Assembly (NCBI GenBank): GCA_964429905.1
Contig: CAYSDV010000009.1
Coordinates: 16,378-80,377, forward strand
Direction of reading: 5' to 3'
From: an uncultured Treponema sp.
Lineage (GTDB): Bacteria; Spirochaetota; Spirochaetia; Treponematales; Treponemataceae
DNA length: 64,000 nt
Part shown: positions 1 to 9,025 of the stretch, piece after piece
How the letters are laid out: each line of letters opens with the position of its first letter
Numbering within the stretch: position 1 is the first letter of the stretch
Notes under the pieces: generated by a model
The model's input: only the letters and a program-made list of their open reading frames with translations
Told to the model about the DNA's origin: nothing
Database searches by the model: none
Program-made: the position numbers and the translations under genes

Positions 1-1628
1 GGAATTTTATCAGAAAGAACGACATTCGCCTTGAAAAGCTGTTTTTCGCGCAGAATATTAAGGGCCGTTCCGCAATATTCATCGTCAACAATTATAAAAA
101 AACGTTTGCGGCCAAGAAAAGTTTCGATTGCCGGCCTCCACTTTTCGTCAGCAAAAGATTCCACAAGCTCCGCAAAAAAACGCACTTGGCTTTGAATTCC
201 TCGCTTTTCAAATTCCGCTTTTATAATTTTCTTGGATTCTTCAGCATCCTCTGGAAAAGTCACAATGTTTGACTCAAGCTCTTTTATCTTTTTTTCTGTC
301 TTTGCGAGCCCGGTTTTAAGCTCGCCGAAGCGGTCTTCTTTCCGTCCGATGTCTTTTATTAAAAGTTCTTCTTGATTTTTCGCCTTTTCGCCATAAGACA
401 AGAAAGCCTGGCGTTTTTCGCTGGAATTAAAATCGCTTTCAGCAAGGTTTTCAAGAATTGTTTTTTTCTTTTCGTCTACAAAAATAAAATCTTTAAGCGC
501 AAAGACAATCGATTTTAAGGCAAGCTGAACTTGCTTTAGCTTTGCCAGCGACTTTTCATATTCAGTGATTTTTTGAGAGCAACGCGATTTTTCATCTTCA
601 AGTTTCTCAAGGCTAGACTTTGCATTTTCATTTTTGCTTTCCGCCTCGGAAAGAAGTTTTCTCGCCTTTTCAAGATTTTCAGATGCTTCCGACCTTTTTT
701 CCGCAAGCAAGTCTTTTTCAAGCTCAAGATTTTTGGCTTCGATTTTTTTGCTGTCAATTTCAATCTTGTTTTTATTTATGAACTGATATTCAAAAATCAT
801 TGAGCGGAGATTTTTTGATTTTAGCTGCTTTTCGTATTCGCGTGTTGTTTTTTCAATCTGCTCAAGGACATTTTTTCTAGCCTTGATATTCTCAAACATT
901 TCCCGCGCGTCTTCATAAAGTTTTTTCTGCTCGCGCAAAAGTTCAAGCGAATGAACCGGAATGTCCGCCAAAACTGAGTCCTGCAAAAACTTGTCAACAT
1001 TCCGCTCAGGATCAAACGCCGTCATCTTTAAGAGTTTTTCCCGGAATTTTTTGGCATCTCCGCGGATTCCAAGAGCCCGCTTTACTTGCTCAACCGCCTT
1101 GTCGCGTCCTAAAAAATCCGCCGCTTTTACAGGAACGCCTTTTATGCTCAGATTGTTTCTTGCCGTTGTGATAAAACGTTTTTCCTTAAGCGCATTTTTA
1201 TCGTAAAAATTTATATCCTCAAGCCTGCGGTCGTCAAAAATCATCCATTTGCTTTCCGCCGCGTCCTGCGGATTTTTTGATTCCATGCAGACAGCGACAA
1301 CGAAATACTTTTTTGCGCCTGGATCAAAAAATTCCATGGCGATGTAGCTTGTGACCGCATCTTTTCTTAAATATCTGTCCGCGCCGTTCGTTTTTCTGTC
1401 GCCGTGAATGTAAGCTGTAACGTTGCGGTCTTTGTCATCTGCGGCTTTGTTGAACTGCCTGTTCGCCGTCAAAAGATAAAGCATCGCATCAAGAATTGTG
1501 GTTTTTCCAGTTCCGTTTACGCCGGTAAAAAGCGTGGAAGAGCCGAGCTCTATTGTTTCATTTTGAAAGCAAGACCAGTTTATCAAAAGAAGACGCTTGG
1601 CAGTTTTGCGGTTTAAGATTTCTGTCAT
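1..1628 (-). CDS. jetC: SMC-like ATPase, N-terminal ~542 aa only (continues past left edge); JetC/MksB-like
   Basis: Absent from the ORF track because the window edge truncates it. Hand translation of the minus strand from ATG 1628 stays open to nt 1. It reads MTEILNRKTAKRLLLINWSCFQNETIELGSSTLFTGVNGTGKTTILDAMLYLL (Walker A), then ~350 aa of K/E-rich coiled coil, then hinge-like WRPAIETFLGRKRFFIIVDDEY. ATGA stop/start overlap with 1625..2368. Confidence 0.6.
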   Translation of the reverse strand, partial: MTEILNRKTAKRLLLINWSCFQNETIELGSSTLFTGVNGTGKTTILDAMLYLLTANRQFNKAADDKDRNVTAYIHGDRKTNGADRYLRKDAVTSYIAMEFFDPGAKKYFVVAVCMESKNPQDAAESKWMIFDDRRLEDINFYDKNALKEKRFITTARNNLSIKGVPVKAADFLGRDKAVEQVKRALGIRGDAKKFREKLLKMTAFDPERNVDKFLQDSVLADIPVHSLELLREQKKLYEDAREMFENIKARKNVLEQIEKTTREYEKQLKSKNLRSMIFEYQFINKNKIEIDSKKIEAKNLELEKDLLAEKRSEASENLEKARKLLSEAESKNENAKSSLEKLEDEKSRCSQKITEYEKSLAKLKQVQLALKSIVFALKDFIFVDEKKKTILENLAESDFNSSEKRQAFLSYGEKAKNQEELLIKDIGRKEDRFGELKTGLAKTEKKIKELESNIVTFPEDAEESKKIIKAEFEKRGIQSQVRFFAELVESFADEKWRPAIETFLGRKRFFIIVDDEYCGTALNILREKQLFKANVVLSDKI

Positions 1629-2368
1629 TCGTTGTCTCCAGTCATTTCGTCAAAGTCAATGTCAAAAGAATCAATTTCTGAGTCTGGTTCAATATTTTCG
1701 TCTTCTTCAAATTCATCAGATTCAGAATTTTCCTCCAAATCCTGATTCTTAAATCTTTTTTCTGTATTTCTTACAAACTCAGCGAATTCTTTTTCATCCA
1801 GCGCAAACTGAAGCGAAGGAAACAGAACAACGCAAAAATCATTTGAGCCAATTTCGCCTTTTAGCACAATCAGATTGAATTTTGCAAAAAGACCTAAGAT
1901 TTCGCTCCAGCGTCCTTTTTCAAGATTTTCCTTAAAATCAAATTTATCAAGCTCAATGTTTATTTCCGCAAGAGTCACGGAAATTTGCTTTGCCAGCGAG
2001 CCGCTTCTGATTTTTTCAGAATACAGCGACCAAAGGCAGCACAAAATAATTGTCTCGGTTTTCTTAAAAAGATATTTGTTCACTGAGATTTTCGCGCTTT
2101 CGCCACTTCCTGTGTAATTTTGCAGCATAACAACGCCCGCGTCTTTGGAAACCAAAATGTCAAATCCCATGAAAGAAAAATATTTTTCCAAGAAGTCTGA
2201 GTATTTTGATGCGAAAAAATACATTCTGCGGCTGTCCTCGTCTTTGTCGCGGACAATAAATGTTTTCTTTAAGAGCGTTCTGCAAACCCGCTGGAACAAA
2301 AGTTTTTCCTGCGCCGTGAATGTGGAAGACCAATATTCATCCGCCGTCATTTTCTTTTCGCCTCCCAT
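1625..2368 (-). CDS. jetB: JetB/MksE-like small subunit with acidic C-terminal tail
   Basis: 247 aa, lying between a ~450-aa ORF and the SMC-like ORF. It overlaps the upstream gene by 22 nt and the downstream gene by ATGA, matching jetA-jetB-jetC order and sizes. C-terminus is DLEENSESDEFEEDENIEPDSEIDSFDIDFDE. The call rests on synteny and size, not a verified motif. Confidence 0.45.
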   Translation of the reverse strand: MGGEKKMTADEYWSSTFTAQEKLLFQRVCRTLLKKTFIVRDKDEDSRRMYFFASKYSDFLEKYFSFMGFDILVSKDAGVVMLQNYTGSGESAKISVNKYLFKKTETIILCCLWSLYSEKIRSGSLAKQISVTLAEINIELDKFDFKENLEKGRWSEILGLFAKFNLIVLKGEIGSNDFCVVLFPSLQFALDEKEFAEFVRNTEKRFKNQDLEENSESDEFEEDENIEPDSEIDSFDIDFDEMTGDNE

Positions 2369-3696
2369 TTCCGCATTTTAAAATCATCGTTTTGAACATA
2401 CTCATCATAAGAGCTGATTTTCCAGCCGTTTTCCTTTGCATAGGAAAGCGCCGCGAGAGTTGAAAGCACATTGTCCTTGTTTTCCAGAGATTCGACCGAG
2501 CTTTTAGGAAAGGAAGCAAAATAATCTTTCATTTTGTCTTTGGAAAAAGGATTGTCCGCCTCTTTTTGCAGCAAAGCGACCTGCCTTTCCCTTGCCTCGT
2601 CGCTTAGTTCATAATATTCGTTTTCTGTGTTCTGACTGAGCGAAACTGTTTTTCTTGGAACATACAGCGAGCTTGTGTCGATGAATTCATTTTTCTGCAC
2701 TCGGAATAAATTCTTAAAATCATCATCGTTTATATCATCATTTTGAACCAGAATCCGGATTGCCTTTTCAACGCAGCCTTTTAAGTCGAAGCCTTTGTTG
2801 CGCAGCATTCTTTCGCGCGCAATCGCAATTCTTATGTACGTGTTGATTTTTTGCTTTATGTCTTCCATTATTTTGTTGTAGTCGTCATGCAAAAAAGTTT
2901 TGGTTGAATCTATCATTTCTGAAATTTTCTCTTCCGCTTCTTCGCCTGTGATTTTTTCTTCGCTCATAAGATTTGCGGAAAGTTTTTCAAAGGATTCGCT
3001 TCTTAAACGTTCCAGCTCCTGCGTGATAAAATTTCTGTAAAGATGAATGTTCTGCTGTTTTACAAGCCTTGAATACTCGCGGATAAAATCTCCGTCACAA
3101 TATTTGATGATGTTTTCCGTAAGGCTTGCAAGACTTCCTTCGTGCAACATTGTCTCAATAATTTTTTTGATTGACGTTGAAAGTTTTTTAAGAGAAGAAG
3201 AAAGCACTTTTGCATCTTCAAAAACTGGCCGCAAAAGCAAACTGTACGGCTCGTTTTTCTGCTCGTTCGTCTGATATTTCAAGCGGTTGTAAATATTTAA
3301 AATGTAGTTTGAATATTCCGGACGGCTTGGTTTTGAAAGCTTTTCCAAAAATTCCGCGAGGGCAATTCCGTTGTCTGTCATCACAATGAATTTCTCAAAA
3401 GTTGTGTCGTCAGTTTCTTCCTCAAGATAGCCGGACGCAACAAATTTTCTGATTACAAAATTGGCCTGGTCGTTTCCGGCGGACAAATCTTCCGTGCCGT
3501 CTTCTTTTAGCTCAATGTGGTTCTGCAAAAGATAAAGAGCCAAAGAATCCCGGATATCAGCCCTTGGAAGCCGGTAAGAAACCGCGCTGCTGTACTGCCC
3601 GTAAACTGCGCCGAGGCAGCCTGCATAAGCCCTGTGGTTTGATGAGCTTGCAAGGCAGTTGAAAAATCCATCCGGAATAGAATCAAAAACATTCAT
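2347..3696 (-). CDS. jetA: JetA/MksF-like (kleisin-like) subunit
   Basis: 449 aa and first gene of the three-gene unit. It is largely helical and charged with no enzymatic motif. Assigned by position upstream of the jetB-like and SMC-like genes. Confidence 0.45.
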   Translation of the reverse strand: MNVFDSIPDGFFNCLASSSNHRAYAGCLGAVYGQYSSAVSYRLPRADIRDSLALYLLQNHIELKEDGTEDLSAGNDQANFVIRKFVASGYLEEETDDTTFEKFIVMTDNGIALAEFLEKLSKPSRPEYSNYILNIYNRLKYQTNEQKNEPYSLLLRPVFEDAKVLSSSLKKLSTSIKKIIETMLHEGSLASLTENIIKYCDGDFIREYSRLVKQQNIHLYRNFITQELERLRSESFEKLSANLMSEEKITGEEAEEKISEMIDSTKTFLHDDYNKIMEDIKQKINTYIRIAIARERMLRNKGFDLKGCVEKAIRILVQNDDINDDDFKNLFRVQKNEFIDTSSLYVPRKTVSLSQNTENEYYELSDEARERQVALLQKEADNPFSKDKMKDYFASFPKSSVESLENKDNVLSTLAALSYAKENGWKISSYDEYVQNDDFKMRKWEAKRK

Positions 3697-3829
3697 ATTC
3701 GACTAATTATACTACGACTTATATTTTTTAGATAGGTTTATTTTATTGATTTCAAAAGGAAATGCCATTTTGCCGCCTAAAATATGACGGTCAACTAAAT
3801 CTGTTGAGTCTGGCGGAATAAATCTTCCC

Positions 3830-4810
3830 TTAAAACAAATCCAACATTGAATCCAGATAAACCGCCTCGCGCACTTCAAGCTGATGTTCGGGCTTTGTCA
3901 TGTAATACAAAAGAAATTCCAGCACAACTGCGCTCCCAAGTCCGCGCCCTTCAATCTTAAAGTTAGAAAATCCCATCGGAAAATATGTTTCCAGAATATC
4001 ATGAACGCCAATAAACGCGCGGTTCTTCATCGCAAGCGAAAAGCGGTAGCCGCCAGCCGCATCAGGAGATGAACATTTATGTTCGGGAACTTCTTCACCA
4101 AGATTTTTGCGGCTTACATTTTCATAGCAATTTTTCCGGTTCTTGCAGCCAAAATCACAGCATTCGTTGCAAAGAAATTCGGTTTTATCTTTTTGTGATT
4201 GAGTCAGTGCGGAAAGGCGATTAAATTCTTTGTTCAGCCGAAAGTCCGGCACAACAAACTTAAAGTCCGCCCGGTTCAGTTCCGCTTTAAAGTCATCAAA
4301 ATCCGTTAGAACTTTTGTAGTTGAAGAAACAAGATACAAACTCGGATAATTCGCCTTAAGATATTCCGCAAGCAAATCAGAGTGGACGATTACGCCGTTT
4401 TGAACAGAGGTTTCGATGCTTCGACAATGCTCAGCAACCACAGGCTCAACCTCCACTTTAGCTACAGACCTTGCCGGAACTTCCTTTTCAAACATTTTGC
4501 AAAGCTCATTGCATTTTCTGTCCGACAAATGCTCCTTTCTCAAAAGCGAATTGCTGAACGTGAGCCGACAAGAGATTCCGTACTCACTCATCAGCGTAAG
4601 AACATCGTCCGCACGGGCTTCGCCAAAGCCAGCTCTTCCGCCGCCCCAGAGACAATCCGCCGGAGCTCCGTAAACCGAGCCAATGTCGCACCAGCCGTAA
4701 AACCAATCACGGTGCGTGCGCCAAAGCGGAAGAAAAACCTTGTACAACTCGTAAAACTCAAAGAGACCGGGAAGATGATAATGTGCGACAGGAGTGGATT
4801 TTTTTTGCAT
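3830..4810 (-). CDS. hypothetical Cys-rich protein, possibly peptidase-U32-like at the C-terminus
   Basis: 326 aa. Cys cluster CNECCDFGCKNRKNC. C-terminal FKIEGRGLGS resembles the KIEGR motif I associate with U32-family proteins. Weak, from memory only. Confidence 0.3.
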   Translation of the reverse strand: MQKKSTPVAHYHLPGLFEFYELYKVFLPLWRTHRDWFYGWCDIGSVYGAPADCLWGGGRAGFGEARADDVLTLMSEYGISCRLTFSNSLLRKEHLSDRKCNELCKMFEKEVPARSVAKVEVEPVVAEHCRSIETSVQNGVIVHSDLLAEYLKANYPSLYLVSSTTKVLTDFDDFKAELNRADFKFVVPDFRLNKEFNRLSALTQSQKDKTEFLCNECCDFGCKNRKNCYENVSRKNLGEEVPEHKCSSPDAAGGYRFSLAMKNRAFIGVHDILETYFPMGFSNFKIEGRGLGSAVVLEFLLYYMTKPEHQLEVREAVYLDSMLDLF

Positions 4811-4823
4811 ATAAGTTTTATTC

Positions 4824-5030
4824 TCACAAGTATTTATCTAACAGCTCTTTGATTTGCTGTTCTTCGCCAGCACCTTTGGTACTTAATCTTAAAAGTGGCA
4901 ATCCAAGCATTTCAAAAATTGCATTTTTCTTTTGGTCGCGGACAGATTGCTTCGTTCCTTTTTTGTGATAATTATAGCCGTATTTGTCGGTTACGAAAAT
5001 AATGTCGTGAAAATTGTCGATATTATTCAT
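4824..5030 (-). CDS. DUF2726-like (endonuclease-fold) C-terminal fragment, probably a remnant
   Basis: 68 aa. SVRDQKKNAIFEMLGLPLLRLSTKG matches the RD...L..G(I/L)PL(L/I)R tail typical of DUF2726/DUF559-type domains. Too short to be a complete domain. Confidence 0.3.
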   Translation of the reverse strand: MNNIDNFHDIIFVTDKYGYNYHKKGTKQSVRDQKKNAIFEMLGLPLLRLSTKGAGEEQQIKELLDKYL

Positions 5031-5036
5031 AATTAT

Positions 5037-5792
5037 TTACTCATCACTAAAAAAAGAATGTATATCCTTAGCATTTTCAGTAAAACTTAATTCATCAATA
5101 ACAACCTTATCTTTCTTCCAAGAAAAACGATGTCTACAAATTTTATCTAAACTAGTAATAAGTTCTTCAACAATTTTGCATATATTTTCCGCCTCTTTTT
5201 TCATTACTTTTAAAACATCGCCAACTTTTTCATCTGTAGAAGTTGGTGCATAATTTAATATACCTTGTTTTAATTTTTCTTGTTTTGTTTTCAATATTGA
5301 GATTTGAAGAAATGACATACAAGCGGTTAGATATTTTTCAAAGTAAAATATTTCAGATTGCTGAAAATTTTTAAGATGATTTGCAAACACATTAGTTTTA
5401 AAAGGTTTATATTCAAAAAATTTGATTGCATTTATAAAACCATTCATTGCCGGAACATTTGCAGAATATACGTTCTCAGCAACAGCCATTTTTGGATTAA
5501 AAAAAAGCATTTCTGTGTACTTAATCTGTTTTATGAGTTGACAATATAATTCCCGTAAATTTCCGTATAACGCATTTTCAATATTTTTTTTGTTTAACAT
5601 GTATTTAATTATTTCGTCAAATAAAACAACAAAAGAACTACCAGATATACCTGATAAGATTGCTAACAGAAATTCTTTTGTTATAAAAGCATAAGCCCAC
5701 CATTGTTCAAAAATACTGACTATATAAGTCAGAAAAATAAAAACTATTGATACACAAACAAATATAACTATGTTTATTTTGTTTTCTTTCAT
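5037..5792 (-). CDS. membrane-anchored hypothetical protein (N-terminal TM helices plus soluble helical domain)
   Basis: 251 aa. Hydrophobic segments are IVIFVCVSIVFIFLTYIVSIF and LLAILSGISGSSFVVLF. Sits 80 nt downstream of res on the same strand. No recognisable motif. Confidence 0.4.
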   Translation of the reverse strand: MKENKINIVIFVCVSIVFIFLTYIVSIFEQWWAYAFITKEFLLAILSGISGSSFVVLFDEIIKYMLNKKNIENALYGNLRELYCQLIKQIKYTEMLFFNPKMAVAENVYSANVPAMNGFINAIKFFEYKPFKTNVFANHLKNFQQSEIFYFEKYLTACMSFLQISILKTKQEKLKQGILNYAPTSTDEKVGDVLKVMKKEAENICKIVEELITSLDKICRHRFSWKKDKVVIDELSFTENAKDIHSFFSDE

Positions 5793-5871
5793 ATTCGTTA
5801 GTTTCCTTGATATTCATCTGATAAAATATTTGAAAGATTTTTTATAGCAAGTTAGTTGTTTATAATCATCG

Positions 5872-8800
5872 TTACTTTATTCCGATTCTATCCTTTAAGC
5901 TTTCATAATTTGAAACTTGCTCATAGCGAACATTCTGCGTTGAAACGACATTGAACAGTTTTTTTGCGCACTCAATCTTGCTTTGCTCAATTTTCTTAAG
6001 CTGCATATCATCAAGAGTTCCCTTAGTTTCCGCAATAAAGAAAATGTGCTTTACCTTGTCTTTGTCAAAAGCAATCGCCCAGTCAGGAGCATAGTCGCCA
6101 ACAGGAGTTGGAATCTGAAACGAGTGCGGAAGGCGGGCATAAACCACAACTTCGTCCGCACTGTCAAGAGCGGATGCAAATTTCCATTCAACATTGCTGT
6201 CTGTAAAGACCAAGTCCTGAATGCATCTTTTTGCAATGAACGGTTCTTTGTCTGGAAGTTTTGACGCAGTAAAAATGCTTGAATCATAAGTTCCAGAAAG
6301 CTCATGATATTCAATATGCTCAACAATCTTTGTGGCTTTTTGGGCATTTATGATGTTTACAACATCGCGTATAAACTTTTCAGGATTAAAGCTGAACTGC
6401 TCCGTTTCTTTTACAGTAAGCCCGCTCAAAATCGTAGCAACAGTTTTTCGTGTAAGTTTACACCCTTTTGCAATTTCGCCAACTAAATCATATTTTGCAC
6501 TGCTCGAAACCGCCCTACTGATGTTTTTTGTCTCCGACTTGGCTCCTTCAAATGAAATTCCGATTCTAAGTTGTGCTTCGTCAATCTTGGACTTCTGGCT
6601 TCCTGTTTCAAGCGTGTAGCGCATTGGTGCAATGTGAAGATCTTTTTTTATCGCGTCAATGGAATTTTTTATTAATTCCTCGCTTGAAAAATGGCAAGTA
6701 TACGAATATTTGTGGTTGATTTTGTGCCAAAGCTCCTGGAACAGCTCCTTGTCAAAGTTTTTGTTGAGCGGATTTCCTTCTTTCCACTTTGGCTTTTGCG
6801 CGTTGTCCACCATTCCGTCAAGGGCGGAAGGATTGTAGACCGCCTGAATGAGCTTTTGTATTTGTGAAAACAGCTCCGTCTTTGCGTCAAGATTTTTCTG
6901 GAATTCTTCAGGAAATGTCTGAATCAGATTGTCTCCAAAGGTTTGAACATTTCCCTGCTCCACTGCGTTTTTGTAAACATCGGTGAGTTTGTCATCATCA
7001 TCAACATAGTCATTTTTAGAAAGATACTTGTTGATGATTTTCGCCTGTCTCTCGTCAATTTCAAACGTTTTTCCCAAGACAGTGATTGTCTTTCCTTCAA
7101 AATACGCCGCATCCGCAATCTTTGGTCTGGAATCACTAAGTTCAGCAGTAATGTCCCTCTGAAGTCCGTCAACAAAATCCGCGTAACTTTCGCTTGCCAC
7201 AACAGTAAGCGTGTTTACGTCCTGCACATTGTCGCCTAGGACATCCTTGTCTTGCCTTGCTCCCAGTTCGTTTACGCATAGCCTCATTCCGCGCCCAACT
7301 TCCTGCCTGCGGCTTACATTGTTGTCTGAATGTTTGAGTGTACAAATCTGGAACACATTTGGATTATCCCATCCTTCGCGAAGAGCCGAATGTGAAAAGA
7401 TAAAGCGAATTGGCATGTCAAAATCTAAAAGCAAGTCTTTGCGCTTTAAAATCAAGTCGTAGGTAGAAATGTCCGCTTCGCTTTCGCCATTTGAATCAAC
7501 CGCTCTGCCTTTTTTATCAATGCTAAAATATCCTTCGTGGACTTTTTCAATCTGGCTCAATGTAGGAAGAAGCCTTTTCTGATAGTAGCCGTCAGGATTT
7601 ATGTCAGCAAAATCGTTCATCACAGACTTGTATTCTTCCTCGAACATTTTTCCGTATTCGCCAAGAGCCTCGTTTCCGTCATCGTCGTAGGCGCGGTATT
7701 TTGAAACTTCGTCAATAAAGAAAAGCGAAAGAACTTTTATTTTTAATCCTTGCTCAAAAAATTCTTGTTCCTTTTCAAAGTGGCTTCGGATTGTCTCCCG
7801 TATTTGCACGCGGCGAATGTCTTTTTCCGCGACATTGCCCGTCATCTCGCCCATAAAAAGCGTGTTCGGGTCAGAGTTTGAGCATACAGCCTTGTTGAAC
7901 CTAACCGCGTTCTCTCTAGGAAGAATTTCTGCAACATAGATTCCTTTGTACTCAGCAAGTCCATTGCTTGCTTCTTCAAGTTTGTCGCCTACTCCAAGAG
8001 TCACATAAACACGTTTTATTCCGCTGTTCTGTTTTTTTTCAATTTCCAGTTTTACAAGAGGAGCAGAATGTGGCGAAAGGATGATTGATTCAGCATAGAT
8101 ATACGTGTTAGTTCCAGAGATGTTTTCAAGGCGGAATCCTTTTACTTCAATTTTCTTTACAAGCTTTTTGTTGTATGCGTCCACAGCGTCAAGGCGATAA
8201 ACAAGATTGTGATGAATTTTATGAGTTGCGGAATAGTTCATTATAAAAAGCGGATTGAACTGCTTTAGTGCGTTTTGCGTTGCTTCTCCGCCCATTTTCT
8301 GCGGCTCGTCAAGAATCAAAATGGGGCGGTTCGCACTAATTACATCAATCGGACGGCGGCTTTGAAACTCATCACGCTTTGTGTAGATAATGCGGGCAGC
8401 CTCATTTCCCTTTCTTCCCGCGACATTTTTATCTTTGTTCAAAGAAGTGTTGAATGCCTGCATATTTATAATCATCACGTTTATGTCGGAACTGCTTGAA
8501 TACTGGTCTATCAAGTTAAGATTCTTGCTGTTGTAGATAAAAAACCGGAGCTTTTTGCCGTACTTCTGCATAAAATGCTCCTGCGTGTACTCAAGGCTTT
8601 TGAAAATTCCCTCGCGGATTGCGACGCTTGGAACAATCACAATGAACTTGCTCCAGCCGTAGACTTTATTCAGCTCGTACATTGTCTTTGTGTAGACATA
8701 AGTTTTTCCAGTTCCGGTTTCCATTTCAATATCAAAGCTTGGAACACCCGAACTCCGTTCTATTTTCTGCGAGCGGATTATAAAGTTTGCGTCCTGCACT

Positions 8801-9012
8801 TTGTGGATATTGCCAAGAAGCTCCCTGTCACTTAAAGCCAAGTCCGCGTTTTTGTAGCCGTAATCATCATCAAAATCAAGGCTGGAATTGTCTGTGTTGC
8901 CTCTGTCGCGCAAATACTGGATTTTGCCTGCAAACTGCTGGCCTTCAAAACATTTTACAATGGAATCCACCGCGTCCGTCTGATACTGTTGTATTTTAAA
9001 TGTAAATTTCAT
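5872..9012 (-). CDS. res: type III restriction endonuclease Res subunit (SF2 helicase plus C-terminal PD-(D/E)xK)
   Basis: 1046 aa. Motif I is METGTGKTYVYT, motif II is ILILDEPQKM, and FSHSALREGWDNPNVFQI is the late helicase motif. C-terminal PDWAIAF...FFIAETKG is the nuclease motif. Confidence 0.85.
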   Translation of the reverse strand: MKFTFKIQQYQTDAVDSIVKCFEGQQFAGKIQYLRDRGNTDNSSLDFDDDYGYKNADLALSDRELLGNIHKVQDANFIIRSQKIERSSGVPSFDIEMETGTGKTYVYTKTMYELNKVYGWSKFIVIVPSVAIREGIFKSLEYTQEHFMQKYGKKLRFFIYNSKNLNLIDQYSSSSDINVMIINMQAFNTSLNKDKNVAGRKGNEAARIIYTKRDEFQSRRPIDVISANRPILILDEPQKMGGEATQNALKQFNPLFIMNYSATHKIHHNLVYRLDAVDAYNKKLVKKIEVKGFRLENISGTNTYIYAESIILSPHSAPLVKLEIEKKQNSGIKRVYVTLGVGDKLEEASNGLAEYKGIYVAEILPRENAVRFNKAVCSNSDPNTLFMGEMTGNVAEKDIRRVQIRETIRSHFEKEQEFFEQGLKIKVLSLFFIDEVSKYRAYDDDGNEALGEYGKMFEEEYKSVMNDFADINPDGYYQKRLLPTLSQIEKVHEGYFSIDKKGRAVDSNGESEADISTYDLILKRKDLLLDFDMPIRFIFSHSALREGWDNPNVFQICTLKHSDNNVSRRQEVGRGMRLCVNELGARQDKDVLGDNVQDVNTLTVVASESYADFVDGLQRDITAELSDSRPKIADAAYFEGKTITVLGKTFEIDERQAKIINKYLSKNDYVDDDDKLTDVYKNAVEQGNVQTFGDNLIQTFPEEFQKNLDAKTELFSQIQKLIQAVYNPSALDGMVDNAQKPKWKEGNPLNKNFDKELFQELWHKINHKYSYTCHFSSEELIKNSIDAIKKDLHIAPMRYTLETGSQKSKIDEAQLRIGISFEGAKSETKNISRAVSSSAKYDLVGEIAKGCKLTRKTVATILSGLTVKETEQFSFNPEKFIRDVVNIINAQKATKIVEHIEYHELSGTYDSSIFTASKLPDKEPFIAKRCIQDLVFTDSNVEWKFASALDSADEVVVYARLPHSFQIPTPVGDYAPDWAIAFDKDKVKHIFFIAETKGTLDDMQLKKIEQSKIECAKKLFNVVSTQNVRYEQVSNYESLKDRIGIK

Positions 9013-9025
9013 TTGTTTGCTCCGT

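Noticed and set aside
536-1616. Several 60-80-aa track ORFs on both strands in the first 1.6 kb.
   Set aside because: They lie inside, or antisense to, the long open minus-strand frame of the truncated SMC-like gene, which reads through the whole region.
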